A stretch of DNA of 64,000 nt from Epiperipatus broadwayi (lineage: Eukaryota; Animalia; Onychophora), in contig JAQFVV010000001.1 in the NCBI GenBank assembly GCA_028023455.1, forward strand, positions 12,772,001 to 12,836,000, written 5' to 3'. The notes beneath the pieces are model-generated. The model saw nothing but the letters and a program-made list of their open reading frames with translations, had not been told where the DNA came from and did no database searches. Made by a program: the position numbers and the translations under genes. Below, one piece after another: positions 12,399-26,619 of the stretch. Each line of letters starts with the position of its first letter. Position 1 is the first letter of the stretch.

Positions 12399-15300
12399 CT
12401 AGGTTTGTGAAGGGTTTGAGTGCCCGGGCGTTGTATGATCCTTTACTTCCTGCCCAGTATCCACCCAAAATGCATGTTTTCCCAGACCTTTTACTATCGT
12501 AAATGGGCCCTCATATAGATTGCAAAATTTTTTGCAAATAAACTTTCCAGGTTCGCTTACATGGGGTGTCCTCACCATTACCTGGTCCCCCACCTTAAAG
12601 GAGTGCGAGGAACTCTTGAAACTCTCCTTTCGTTGCCTGCTCCTGTGAACCATCGACTGGTAGGCCTGCTGCCTCTCCTTTTCTAGATCAATGGGAGTTT
12701 TTTCTACTGTAAAACCAGTCTGGAACAACCTAGGTGCGTGCTTACCAAAATGCAAATGTATTGGTGTGAAGCCAGTAGATTCGTTCACAGCCCAATTCAT
12801 ATAGTTTAAAATGTCCAGAAGGTGTTTGACCCACCTTCTATGGTCGGTTTGGACATAAGTACGGAACAACCTACCCAATTCCCGCATCATTCTTTCACAG
12901 GGATTGGACTGAGGGTTACGGATCGAGGTTAACACATGACCGATCTTCAACCGTTCAGTCCATATCATCCACTCCCTCGAAACGAATGGGGTTCCATGAT
13001 CTGATATGATAGTTCGAGGTTTTCCCACTGATGGAATATGCTCCTTTTCCAGGACATGTATCATGTTCCACGTGTTGGCTTGTGTGACGGGATATGCAGA
13101 CACCAGTTTAGAGAATAAATCATAAACGACCAGGTGGTATTTTTTTTTATTAAAGGCCGGCAGTGGGCCATAATAATCCACTGCAACAATTTCCTTAGGT
13201 TCTCTGGGAATCATGGACAACATTGGAGCTGCATATTTCTTATTTGTGGGCTTAACCCTCTGGAAAATTTCGCACTGCCCAATGACCGCTGCAACTTTGC
13301 CACGCATGCCTGGCCAGGAAAACCACCTTCTGATCCATCCTTCAGTCTTCATTATCCCATAGTGGCCCGACCTGTGATGCATGTGTGCCACCACTGCAGT
13401 CCTCATGTGCTGCGGGATGACTGATCTCCATTCTGCTGGATTTTCCTTAACTCTGTATTGTAGCACACCTTGCTCCAATCTAAAATTTCGAATAGTCCGC
13501 TCGACCCAACCCCCAATCAGTTTGGCTTCTTTACCTTCCAATTGGTCAATGACTGGCTGGAGTTGTTGGTCTTCTCTCTGAAAGTACTCCAGGCAACTCA
13601 AATCGCTTTCAAGACCTTCATCTATTCTTAACCCTATACTTGCTATATACAAATTCTCAGTACTCAGATGATGTGATTGATTGTCCACTGGATTGCAACT
13701 CAGAGTATCAGCTACTACATTGTCAGACCCTTTACAATACCTCACTGTATAGTTGTATTCTTGGAGGTACAGGCTCCACCATACTAATCTGCTATTGGTG
13801 AGGTAGCTGTGGTTGATAAATTCCAGACTCTTGTGGTCAGTAACCACGATGACCTCCGAGCCCAGTAACAGTGTTCGAAACTTCTGAAAGGCCCACACAA
13901 TGGCCAATGCCTCTTTCTCAGTATTGTATAATGTACCTCAGGACCTTTGAGTAGCCTGCTCAGAAAATATAGTATACCCATTCTTCCATCTTCTTGCTCT
14001 TGAGCCAAGGTCACCCTGAGACCATTTCCACTGCTATCTGTCTGAACTATGAACGGCTTTGAAAAGTCAGGAAAGGCCAGCATAACATGTTCCAAGAAAC
14101 CAGTCTTCACTCTTTGGAAGGCTTGGTCCTGTTCTTCCGTCCACTTCCACTCACTACCCTTTTTTAATAACTTCACCAATGGCTCCATCCGTTCTGCAAA
14201 CCGTTCTTGAAAGCGGTTGTAGAATGTACACAGACCCAGAAATGATCGGATATGTTTCTTAAATCTAGGTGTTGGAAAGTCACGAATAGCTGAGATCTTG
14301 TCCGGGTGCAGTTTGAGTCCCTGGGTTCCCACCATGTTCCCAAGAACGGTCACCTCTTTCTGACACAGTGTGCTCTTCTTAATATTTATTTTTATGCCCT
14401 TTTTTCGCATTCCTCTAGAAATAGTCCTACTTCCCGTATGTGTTCCTTGATATCAGTTGAGGCTATCAACACGTCATCCATGTAAATTGTGACCATGTCC
14501 TTTATCTCTGAGGATAGTACCTGGTCCAAGCACCTGAGTAAACCTGCCCCACTGTTTATTAGACCAAAAGGCATCCTGTTAGATTGATATGAGTGGCCCT
14601 CATATCTGAACGATGTGTATTGGCAATCTTCTGGATGTAACTTAATTTGCCAATAACTGGCAGTCAAATCGAAGGTCGAAAATACCTTCTTTCCTTGGAA
14701 ATTCCTTAGTAATTCTTGCATGGGAGGTGGTACATTGCAGTCTGGTACAGTCACTTTATTTAACTGTCGAGCGTCAAGACATAATCTATTGGATCCATCT
14801 TTTTTTTTAACTACCACCATTGGGTTGCAATACGCTGATGAGCATTTTGATATAATTCCCCACTCTAGCATCTGATCTATTTGCTCTTTTACTGCCTTTC
14901 GGTATTGATGCGGGATGGGGTATGATCTAGCTTTGAATGTCTGGCCATCTCTCATCTTAATTCTCTGCTCAAACCCTTGGATAACCCCTGGCTTGTCTGA
15001 AAAGACATGGTGATACTTGGTCAATGTTTGTTGTAAGAAACTATTTTGAACTTTCCCTTCTACTTTCATTCCATCGATCTTATCTTTGAGTTTTTCTGGG
15101 ACATCCTCCTCTAAATGTAACATTCCTATCGACCAGTGAGGCTCCTCTGTCAGAAAACGTACCACTTCACCCTCACAGGTGACCTGACCCCTCTCATAGT
15201 CAAGGTTACATTTGTATCTATTTAGAAAATCTGATCCCAAAAGGGCCTCATGTATTAAACCTTTCATTATAAGGAACACATGTGAATAGCTCTTTCTGTT

Positions 15301-15575
15301 AATTTTTAGATCCATCCATATCTGCTTTGGCTCTACTTTAGCTCTCCGGTTGTCTGCCATTGCTATGTGAACTGTTTTTAGAGGGAGAATCGGTATATCT
15401 GGTTGTTCCCTTCTAATTTGGTGGTATAATCTCTCTGATACTGCTGATACCTGACTGCCCGAATCCATGAGGGCTTCCACATTCATTGAACATACCTTTA
15501 TAGAAATGATGGGGCATGTCTGAAAAGCATATCCGGGGACCCGGTCTTCCCAAGAACATATTAAATTGCCTATTT
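12399..15575 (-). pseudogene. pol: Gypsy pol (protease, RT, RNase H, integrase), two frameshifts
   Basis: ALMDSGSQVS (PR); RLCLDARQLN, MPFGL, YMDD (RT); IVQTDSSG, AIVWAF (RH); HHRSGH..C, VDYYGP, SDHG, ERMMR (IN). Frame breaks near 14400 and 13910. Confidence 0.96.
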
Positions 15576-16287
15576 TTTTGTCCCCTGCTTATCCACATCT
15601 GTGTCCCCTTTGGACCTAAGCTTCTGATCCTCTATCTGTCTCCTTTCTGTGTCTATTTCTAATTGGCTCAACATTTTATCAATTGTCCCCCCTGATATTT
15701 CTCCTCTTTTTCCCAGCATCCATCTAATTTCATTGGGTAACTTTCTGCATGTCGTTGCTACAATCTGCTCCTCTGATAGTTTACATGCATCTAGAGTTCT
15801 CAACGTAGCCACCTGCCACCTAAAAAAATGTATGTATGCTTCTCCATTACCTTCTTGAAACTCCTGCTCTACCACTTGAGCCCTCACCCTTTCTTGTATT
15901 TCTTCATTCCAGAATACATTGGTTAATGCTTCTTTATACTCCAGAAAATGTTCGAGGTTGCTGACTCAGTGAATTCCACCATGTCTCTGCATGTTTCTCT
16001 AGATGATGGTATGCTATGATCACTTGGTGTTCATCTGCTATCTCATAGTACTTATAGTATCTTTCAAGGCTCTTGAGGTGCTCTACAGGTGTCTCCTCCT
16101 TTCTCCCTCCATATATTCTTATCTTCAATTCCATTGCCTTTTTTATTTCCTTTTTATATATCACTATTAATGCTAAATGTGCCAGGTTCATCACCCCGGT
16201 TTCCAGTGGTCCACTGCATGACCCACCTGATAGACCTTTGCCCCTCCTTATTATCATATTGAACGATATTGTTTTATAATATCCCAA
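15570..16287 (-). pseudogene. gag: Gypsy gag, one frameshift
   Basis: IYGGRKEETPVEHLKSLERYY...AETWWNSL resumes in another frame near 15945 as YKEALTNVFWNEEIQERVRAQV..., a retrotransposon-gag-like pattern. Lies between the PBS and pol. Confidence 0.85.
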
Positions 16288-16606
16288 TGTTAGATAAATT
16301 CTTCAACCTCTATTTATAAACTATGACTTTATATATATATATACACAGGACATACTTCAATGCTATTTTCCCCCTTGACCACTCGAGAACTTTTCTATCC
16401 GTATATTCACACCGCCAAATATGCCCATCTACTATATTACCAATATGTATTCAAACTCTTTCTGATTTATAACAAACTATCGCTTTTATTTTTCCCTTTT
16501 TCTTTTTTTTTTTTTAAAAAAAAAAAAAATCTCCAACTCTCGTTTGTACGCTCTTTTTATGTTAAGTTAGAATGCCCTTTTAAATGCCCGTTCTCTAACA
16601 TTCGCA

Positions 16607-16627
16607 GCCCCATTAGTTGGGATGCCA
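16607..16627 (-). other. Primer binding site, tRNA-Lys(CUU)-like
   Basis: Minus strand TGGCATCCCAACTAATGGGGC directly after the 5' LTR. Resembles the Lys PBS TGGCGCCCAACGTGGGGC with bulges. Confidence 0.7.
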
Positions 16628-18202
16628 TTATAGTGTCACCCATTATATTTTATATCGCCATTGTACGCTTCTACCCGTGGCTTCGAGTGAGGATATTTGT
16701 GAGCATGGTCTGATTCCATCTCACGCGCCAATCTTACACATGGATAAGAATTATCTCATCGAAAACGTAAATAAGCGTTCGGGTATATATATATATACCT
16801 CTATTTATGGTAGCGCATCTGTACCAGCTCAATCTCAGGGTTTGGGGACTATAGTCTAACTAGAGAACAAAGCTAAACACTACCCAACTAAGTCTTAAGT
16901 GTCTATCTATTCTGTCCGATAATTTATCCGTTATAAATCTAATAACCCAACTCGAATGTTATCATACAATTTACTCTATTTATTACCATACTCAATACCG
17001 ATAAAATCTCATTTATCCACGCATATAAATATATCAGTATTCAAGTGCACAACCCATTTACCCTGATACACACATATATAATTCATATATGCATCAAAAT
17101 AGTGCAATTATACATCAGAGCTGTTTATTTAAAGTTGTTATTTTATTTCATTTAAAAGAGATTTATTATAGCAATTAATATTGAGGTAACATTAGTTTCT
17201 TTACCAAGACGCATTCATTGAACATATATTTAGTGTAAACATCAATTACCTTAAGTACCATCGACTGTTCACACGATCAAAGACAAGTCCGCATTTATAA
17301 TTCTCCACGAATACTGGTCTGGTTGATATAACGGATGGCAAGTATTTCCAATATGGTATATCGAATAGCTTATTCTGGAGGTGGAGTAGATGATTCACTC
17401 ACTTTATGAAAGGGTCCCATTTCATAGATCTTTCGTCGCCATTACACTTGATGAACAAGAATTCTTTGTATAGCGAAGTTCGTAGGTCCACTTCAGATGA
17501 GTTCCATGACAACTGTCCACTGGATCGGTTAACGAAACTAGCGCTATTGAATTACCCCGACATTTTGGGTGAGAAATATTAATAAACTTCCTAAGAAATT
17601 TTATACGTCCACACACTCTGTAGTCCAAGCCGCGTTTTTTTTCCTTTTTTTCTTCTATCTTCTTTCGAGCCCACAAAAAAGTTCTTTTGTTTTCACTTTT
17701 TAACTTTGTAAAATTTTCTTCCAATATCCCTATGCCACTGTCCAGTTCTTCTATTGTTTTCCAAAAATACCCACCTGACCCGTTTTCGGACTTCTTGATG
17801 CCAGTTATTACTAAACCGCCTACAGCAACTGATTTATTTCTATTTCTATCTTCATATGTTCAAAAGATTAATTAGCAAAAGAAAACACGTGTTACCGACA
17901 ATATTATTAAAACCAGACTTAAAGAAAAATTTTAACGGATAAAATATATACGAATAATCAATTACAACTTATACAGCTCTGTATATAATTGCTTGTAACC
18001 ATCACCGTTAATACATACACACATTTTATACTCACATATACAAATATATTTATATAAGCATACCCACCTAACATTCACACTCTTTGTAACAGGGTTCGAA
18101 TGACTATTTACATATATATCTTTTCGTATATAGTCGCTCAACATTAACACTCGCAATTAGTAATATATTACATACACTTGTATTCGAACCCCGTTTGTTA
18201 CA
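16628..18202 (-). repeat. 5' LTR (1575 bp)
   Basis: Direct repeat of 10832-12358, with an extra segment of roughly 40 bp near 17951-17995. Confidence 0.95.
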
Positions 18203-18259
18203 ATATATATATATAATTAAATTGTATTTTCATGGACTACAGATATAAATGAAATAATA

Positions 18260-18600
18260 TCCAGGTATATCCATACATAATTTATCAAAAAATTAATAGC
18301 ATTATAACCAAGACCTAAAGGCTCAATCCCTCTTGAAGCACATGGAGTTTATGAAATTCCATGTAACAAATTGTAAAGCTTTCTATGTAGGCATGAGTAA
18401 TCATTGCACCAATACTAGAAGAGATGAACATATTAATATGGTTAAAAATACTCATCATCACTAGCACTAACTCTCCATGCTATAGATACAGGTCATAACA
18501 TTGATTTTTCTAATAAGAAAATACTATTTGAATGTGGCACTGTCTCCAACAATGTCAGAACAGAGAAGTCACTGAGATCTTTTAAAGATCAGGTTTTATC
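18260..18600 (+). pseudogene. PLE GIY-YIG endonuclease fragment
   Basis: Manual translation across frameshifts: GVYEIPC..CKAFYVGMSNHCTNTRRDEH...TGHNIDFSNKKIL. Confidence 0.75.
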
Positions 18601-21600
18601 AATAAATGTGATAATACATGCAAATTATCTTTTATTTGGAATTTTTTTTTTAAAAAAACCCATTAATCTAAATAATTTCTCATAAGAATTTTTATTTTTA
18701 TTTTTTATTAATACAACATTTATTATTGTTATACATCAGCACTTACAGTTGATGACCAGTAGGACCTGGCTAAAATGTTGGTTTATATATATATTCAATA
18801 AATTATACATGGATGCACCTAGATAATATTTCATTTATATATATAATTATGTACACATACTAAATATGATATGTACATAAGGGGTATATTTATTAATATA
18901 TAGCAGAAATATCTAGTGATATATATATATATATCAACTATAAGTATCAAGTTTATTTAAAATAAAATATAGTTTACATTTTTAGGTATTGCACCAATAC
19001 TAAAAAGCTAAAAATAATAGATGTAAAATTTTTTTAATATTAAATGCTTTATTTAATATATATTAAAAAGAAAAAAAAGTTAGTTCAGCCATAATAGCGT
19101 TTTTTAGAATTAACTTGAATTAAAAGCATAGAGGGGGAGGTCTAGAAATTAAATCATTTCCTATTTTTTATAACAAAGGATAGGGGTTTATTTAATTTCT
19201 GGACCCTCACCCATGTGTTTATTTCAAATTAAATTGTGGTTGGAAAAACAATTATTTTTTTTCTTTTTAGTGCACAGTAAATCAAAGCATTTAATTCTTT
19301 CTTAGCTCTATCTACTAATCCATGCCAATGGCTTTAGGTCACTCAAAATTGGTCACTTTTTGAGCTACAGTACTGTTTTTATGCTTGTTTTAAAGCTTAC
19401 AAAAATTCCCGTAAGATGCTACCCTCTCAAATTATTTTACAAGTAAAAAATCAATATATGTGATGTAGAAAGTCTAACAAAAGGAGGGGGCAGTCCATTC
19501 TAAACACTGATTGGCTGATGATTATTTGGTCAAAAAAGATCGTGATAAAGCTGAAAATTAACATATAATTTTAGAGTGTTTTTTATTATTTTTCATACAT
19601 ATTATAAATTATTTTCATAAAATATGCTGAAAATATAGTTATTTTACAAAAATAGTTAGATTTTATTAAAAAATTATATACTTTACATGAATGTAAATTG
19701 AAAAAGAAATCAATGAATAGCAACAATTTTGACATCCTGACAAAAGTTTAAATTGTCCGAAGCTGTTTATTTGATTTTTAAATAAAAATTAATGTTTTAG
19801 AATACTTTCCTGGCATTTATTTACATATTATAATGTATTTTGGCAAAATACGCTGAAAATATAATTATTTTTAGAAAAATGGCAAGATTTTACTAAAAAA
19901 TTCTTAACTTTTATAATAACGAAGGTTGAGGAGGGAAATCAATGACATTTGCATCACTTGTAATTTGCTATGATTTTTTTTTCCACTATCGAATATTTTT
20001 ATAATTATAAATAAAAATTTATTTTTGAAAAAACTTTCATTTACTTTCATAACCTGACAAATTATTAATATACTTTACAAATGAAACTAAAATGAGTATA
20101 ATATTAAAAGATGAATATATTTTTACAGCTGAGTTTGTTATTTGACTAATCAAACTTTAGAATTTTTAATTCACTCAGCCAATAGTAATTTGTACAATTA
20201 AGTGCAGTTGAACAGTTAATATAAAAATTTTTGTTAGTTCTATTATTTTTATTTCTTAAGTTTTGGTTTATAGCATAATTCACTCACTTTCAATCAAGTA
20301 ATCTTATATATAAAATCCCCATTTTCTCTGTTGAATATATGAATGTTTGTCCAATGTCACATGTCAAATTCACAACTCCTATGTTTATGTGAGGAAGTAA
20401 TTGCTCTTGGGAAAAAAAATCAGTATCTATTTTTTTAATTACAAACATATAGTATTTAGAATCCTGAAGAAAATGTGATTACAATACATAAATTCATGTT
20501 TAAAATGTGGTGTTTAGTGAGGAAAAAAATAGATGCTATAATACTGTATTTACATTTAATTTTGATTAGCATATTATTATGTTTGTGCCAAGAAAGTAAT
20601 TTGAAGTAATTCTGCCATTAATAAAAAAAATACTCAGAAAAAAATCAGTACATGTGCTTTTAACTACAGAGATATAATATTTAAAACACACAAAAAAATG
20701 TGATTGCAGTACATAAATTCATATTTGAAATATGATGTTTAGTGGGGGGCATATATGCTATAATACCATATTTATATTTATTTTTGGTTACTTGCATAAT
20801 TGAAGTCAAAATGATGCCCTTTAGACCAGTGTACAATTCTCCCAATTAAAATCTTTTATTTAATTTACATTAAATCTTAAAAAAAGTTTGTTAAAACAAT
20901 CAATTAAAAAAAAAATAATGTTCTTTACAAGGTCAGATATATCTGGTATATATAAAATTTATTAAAAAATAATTCAACTTGTAATTTTTTATGTGTTCAG
21001 TTTTTAAGATGTATTGCTTATATTTTTTTATTTCAATATTAAAATTTTTATTTAAAATTAACAGAATTCAAAAGCTAATAAAAGTGTTTCAGAAAAATAT
21101 TAGATTCTATCAAAAATAGCTTATGACTAATATTTGAGTGGCATTAATTAAAAGTAATAGTAAACCAAAATATAATTTTCACAAATTTAAAATATTTTGC
21201 AGAACATCAAAAAAGAAGACTTTCTAAGTGTTCAATGCTAGAAAATCTTGAGATAATAAAACAAAAAACTTAATTTATAAATGTTAGTAAGTTAAGTTCT
21301 TTTTCTTCTTAGGTAGGTCAAATAATTAAATGAGTACTGCAGTCAAGAAATAATATTAATCATCATTATTGATAGTATGCCAATATGTGTCCTCTTATTA
21401 GCATATTTTATTTAATTATCTTAATTTTAAGCTGCATAATAAATTTTAAAGGACCCTGCTTCTTAGCTAAAATTAAAAGCAACAATGATATATTAAAATT
21501 GTTCATACTAGATTGTAATATTATTACCTTCCTAAAATTATTTTCTTTATATTTTTGATATAATTATTGAGAATAATATTTAATAATTAATTATCATACC

Positions 21601-24600
21601 ACCATATCATATATGTTATGTGAAATATTTTGCACATAAGTTTTATGCATAAGTGCATAAATATATGTTTTTGGTATTTTTTTTCTTACTTATATATTCC
21701 TTTTTTTTTAATCTTTGATATGTTTAATAATTTCAACTGGGTCACAATATTATTCAATTAAATAAATAAATAAAAATATCAAAAATTGTTTTTTTTTTTA
21801 AAAAAAAGAAAAAAAAAAAACTTTCTATTTGTGAGGTATAAATATATTTTTTATTCAGACCTAGGTATTATATTTGAAAAGAAAATTCTGGATTAGATTA
21901 TGAATTCATTTAATGAACTTTTCGAATAAAATATTAAAGATTATTTAAAACTTTAATAAGTAACAATTTGTACTTAAACAAATAATAATTTTAACTTTAT
22001 TTTTTATTAAAAAACAAGTCATTTGTATTAAATCAAGTCTAAATAAGATTAAAATTTTCTTAACTAATTAATCAACATCAAGACATCTAGATTAAAGCAA
22101 ACTAATTCATCAGTAAAGTCATATGAGAAGAGCTTAAAATTTATAAGTAAAAAGAAACTATTAAATTTAAATACCACTAAATATTAAATGCCTATCGGTG
22201 AAGACAAAAATATTACTTGACTTTTCAATTTTTATATGGAAGAATTTGAATTCAATTTTTGTTTTAACTTTTAGTTAAGAATAACTAGAAAACAATTTAA
22301 AGCCAACATTAAATAGTTATTTAGATTATCTGCAAACAGGTAATTGAGAAAAAATCTAAACTTTATTGGAACTTGAAAAAAATAATTTCAAGTTTCCTCA
22401 TTCTGCCTTTGAACTTAGGTTATGAATGTGGCAAATGGATGCCATATTCTAAAGACTACATAAATATATAAAAGGTTTTAAAATTTAAAAAAATCCTAAG
22501 AGTGAAATTAAAGCATCTGCTTTTTTTAATGTTGTATCTTAATGGTGTAAATCTCTCACTAAAGTTTGTAATGTAATTTTAAACCCAAGTTATTAAACTA
22601 AATTGTATTAAAAGAATAACAAACAATGGCAAATGATGATCTACAGGAATACAGATGACCATAAGAATTTACAATGTTAAAAAATGTATATAAAAAAAAT
22701 AACAAATTAAAGTATTTTAAATGTAAAAATAATTTTTTTTACTACAATTGAGTTATTGTATAAAAAATTTATAGGATAAGTTATGTCACATGATATTCGA
22801 ACATTAGTCCAGTTGATGATTAAAATTTATTTTATTTTATTGGACTGAGAATGAATCCAGAAACCGATCTTTATTATGAACCTACACTGTTTTAAGCAAC
22901 ATCAGTGTGATGGCTGAGTACAATAGTTTCGCTTGATAGATCAAATATAAGATTTTTTTGTACTTTCTTCAACTAATAACAGATAGAAACTCTACTATTA
23001 AAGCTTAAGTGCACAAGGCAGAAATGTGCGTAAAATCTAAATCTGTCAGAATAAGTTTAGTACTAGAAAATGTAATATATGTTTATTGAAATTGAAAGAG
23101 ATAGAAAATAATGTAATAAGCTTAGATCATATTTTTTTTTGTCTTTAAAACTAAACAAAGTATATTAAATACAACATTTGTTTTTATAAAAAGTAATTAA
23201 TATAAAGTTAAAAACAGATTTATTTTAATTTTTTAAAATTTTATTTGAATTGTATTAAAATCAAAATATGACATATCTGATTAATAACATTTTAAATATA
23301 TTAGTTTTCGTTTATTTTTTTACATGTTATTTAATTAATATTATTTTTAGTTGTCTACACTATCTTTTACTAGTTGCGAATTTAAATTGAATGCAGTGAA
23401 AATTCTGTTTTTCATTATGGATTTAATTTATGAATATAAATGTGCTAGGTAGAAAGCCTCTGTTTTTTACCAATATACTAGCCACCCATCTCTCTATATA
23501 TCGATGTTGCATGTTTGTAAAATATTCTTGATAAAATGTTTTATATATATACAAAAAAATATCAGATTTTAAAATAAAATTATAATGAACTGAAAAAATT
23601 AACCTGTTTATGATGAGTCATAAAATATTAACATGACATTGAGTAAAATCTTCCTCATTTCAGATAGCCTTCACCACCTTTGAGTTATTATTATAGTTGA
23701 ACAAATTTGGCAACCCGCCAAAAATATTTTTCAATATTATAATTTACATTAAATTTTACTTTTAAAAAAACTTGTATTTTCATAAGATATATTGACCATT
23801 CTGTCGACTTTGTTCATCATTGACCTTTGAGAAGTTAAATCAGCCCTCAGGAAAATATAATTCTCTGTCTATAGCAGATAATTACAGTATAATGTGTACT
23901 GAAACTTTATTTATGTAACTTATCGTTAAAACAAAATTTTATAAACAATTAAATACGTCAAATATTTTTAAAATCAATCATTAAATTTTAAGCGTTATTA
24001 TTGCAATTATGAAAATGTTCTTTCACTGAGTTTAACATCTTGGCATTGGCGTCTTGGTTGTTAACCTATTTCCATTTCGATGATTAGAACAAATACCATT
24101 AATGAATTAATATCGAATCTTATTCACTCTATTGTTTCATAAAACAGTAGCTAATATTATATTTTAATTTACTAAAATTTAAATTCAACATTGTAGTAGA
24201 CATCTATGTAACCATTAGACTAAATTATCTAACAATAACTTATGTTTTCCTTGACAACCTTATGCAAATACAGACTGATCAATGCTTATTAATAAATTGC
24301 GATGTGCGCAGATTTTCAGTGATCTTTTTACTTTTTTAATATTCAATCTAATAACCGAAAACTTTCAACATCCTAAAATTTTAAGTACAAGTTACATCAT
24401 ACTTGTACAGATACTTAGATCTAAAATTATATCAGAAACTATATATTATATAATCTCCCTTTAAAATAATATGAAGACGTTTTCACAAAACATTACAGAA
24501 TTGTATTTGATGCTAAATAGATATTTAATTATATATGTAATCACTAAATTAGCTGCATGCTAAATATCTATGAAAAAATGAAAAAATAAATAAAATTTGA

Positions 24601-26619
24601 TACATCTGTGCCCTATAAGACAAATTAACAACGATGAAAGACTGTATTATATTACAGTTTTGTTTTTTGCCCTATGGTTAAAGTGACACTATTCTGAAAC
24701 ATTATTTGGCTTAAAATCTTTATAATGAAAAGAATACACAAATATCCATTTACTGATCAGTATAGGAGTAAACTTAGCTGGGCTTTGTAATGGTTGTTTA
24801 AAAAAAGTCTTTCTTTAAAAAATTTGAACTATTTGAATATATGTTTTGTATTTGAACCCCAAATCATAAGCATAAAAACAATATCTTAACCAATATATTT
24901 TTTGCATAATTATGCTATTTTATAGATGCATAATTAGACTGTTATTTGAACTTTTACTATATTTAAATTTTTTTCTGCTATGAACATAAGTGCTTATATA
25001 TGATTAAGTCATTTAAAATTTGATTTGACGTGTTAATAAATAAACTAACAGCGATCTGCCACTTTTTTGTTTTGTTTTCAAAATTTTTGTTTTACTATAT
25101 TCAACATAATTAAGAAAACTGAAACCATAAGATAAAAAGGGGATGAAAAAATCGGTTTTTATGTTTATGTACTTTATTAACTTTTAACATTACGATTGGG
25201 AGTTTAAAAAAAAAAAAAGCATTAAATTTACCAATGGAAGACGGGTGGCAGGTTTAGTTTAAAATGCAAAATAAAGATTTCTCATCTAGTTTCAACAGAA
25301 AGTTTTACAAACAGTTATATGAGTGTGTATGTATATATAGCTTTCTATGAGAAAATCTTCATTTTACTATATATAAAAAGAGAAAAATTGAGACATGAGT
25401 TATTTAAAAATAACAATAAATTAAAAATATATACAGTATTTACAAATATAAGGTGTTATATAAAAATGCAATTGACTAGTCTTCTAGTCTCCACTCTTAA
25501 TCTTCCAATGTTCAAAGCTTTCAGAAGTTAGTTAAATTCTCCAGTTTCAAGTTTTAAAGGTACTGCCTGTTTTAGAATAAAGCTAAATTTAGCGTAGGGC
25601 AATTTCATCTACATATCAAATTTAACTGGTTCAAATACTTTGCTCAAATGAGAGCCATTTATTCTAATATTACTAGTATGGATTAAGTTGGCACCCTGGG
25701 GAAAAAAATTACTACGGTTTTTCACACGCTATCAACATCTATACTTCTCAATTCATATATATATAAGAACATATTTTGAAATAATAAGAAAAGCAATAAA
25801 ATGAATAAAGAAATCGATAAGTAGACAACAATGGCCAACAAAATTTATTAAAAAAGAGAGAGAGAGAACGGTAAACATTTACGTTGTTTGTAGTTTATTT
25901 GTTGGTTTTTAATACATAAAATATAAATTAAATTAATAATATAAAAAATAATTTTCAGCAAAAAAAAAAAACAAAACATTTTTTAATAGCAGATGCAAAT
26001 CACCAAACGAATCATTTTTAAAAAATATTTACTATATATAATACAAGAAAAAAAAATCTAAGTAATATTCATTTAACGCAATCCTGAGCTTAATATGTGT
26101 ATATTTTTTCAGCTTATGAGAGTTTTGAGCAGATGTTTGGATACTCTCATATTTGCATGTTTTTTTTTTACTTCTACAACATTCACCCCCAAGTCCTCAT
26201 GTTAAAAAATCGTATATTATTAATAAATGTTAAGTTTTTAATCTGTGTATTCTCACTTCTTCATTTGCACAATTCTGTTCTTTTTCTCTACATAATATAT
26301 ATATAAACGTTTCAAGTTCTTTGCTTACTTTATGCAGTTACCAATGGCTCTCTTTCTATTTCTTTAATTATATTTTATATCAATAGATAATGCTATATAC
26401 ATATATCTCCAAAACTGTTATGCATATTTATAATCTCACACACTCACACAAAATAACATTTAACAATATACCTTTAAGTATTTTATCAATCTAATTTTTC
26501 TATTTCACAATTTTTCTAATATAAAATATTTAATAACGTTTTTTATATAAATTTTTGATATTTAATTAACAAAAAGAATACCGAACGTTTCACTTTCAAT
26601 CATCATTACCAACCATTAT

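Larger units (their letters stand above)
10832..18202 (-). mobile_element. Ty3/gypsy LTR retrotransposon, full length, defective (Osvaldo-like by long LTRs and Lys-like PBS)
   Basis: Two ~1.5 kb LTRs, PBS, PPT, gag then PR-RT-RH-IN order. atata on both flanks (10827-10831, 18203-18207) within (AT)n. Confidence 0.97.

Noticed and set aside
13134-16279. Plus-strand ORFs inside the gypsy element
   Set aside because: Antisense shadows of gag/pol with no independent motifs.
20412-20790. Diverged ~225-bp tandem duplication (similar pair near 19560-20030)
   Set aside because: Real but old and featureless; no spacer or unit structure.
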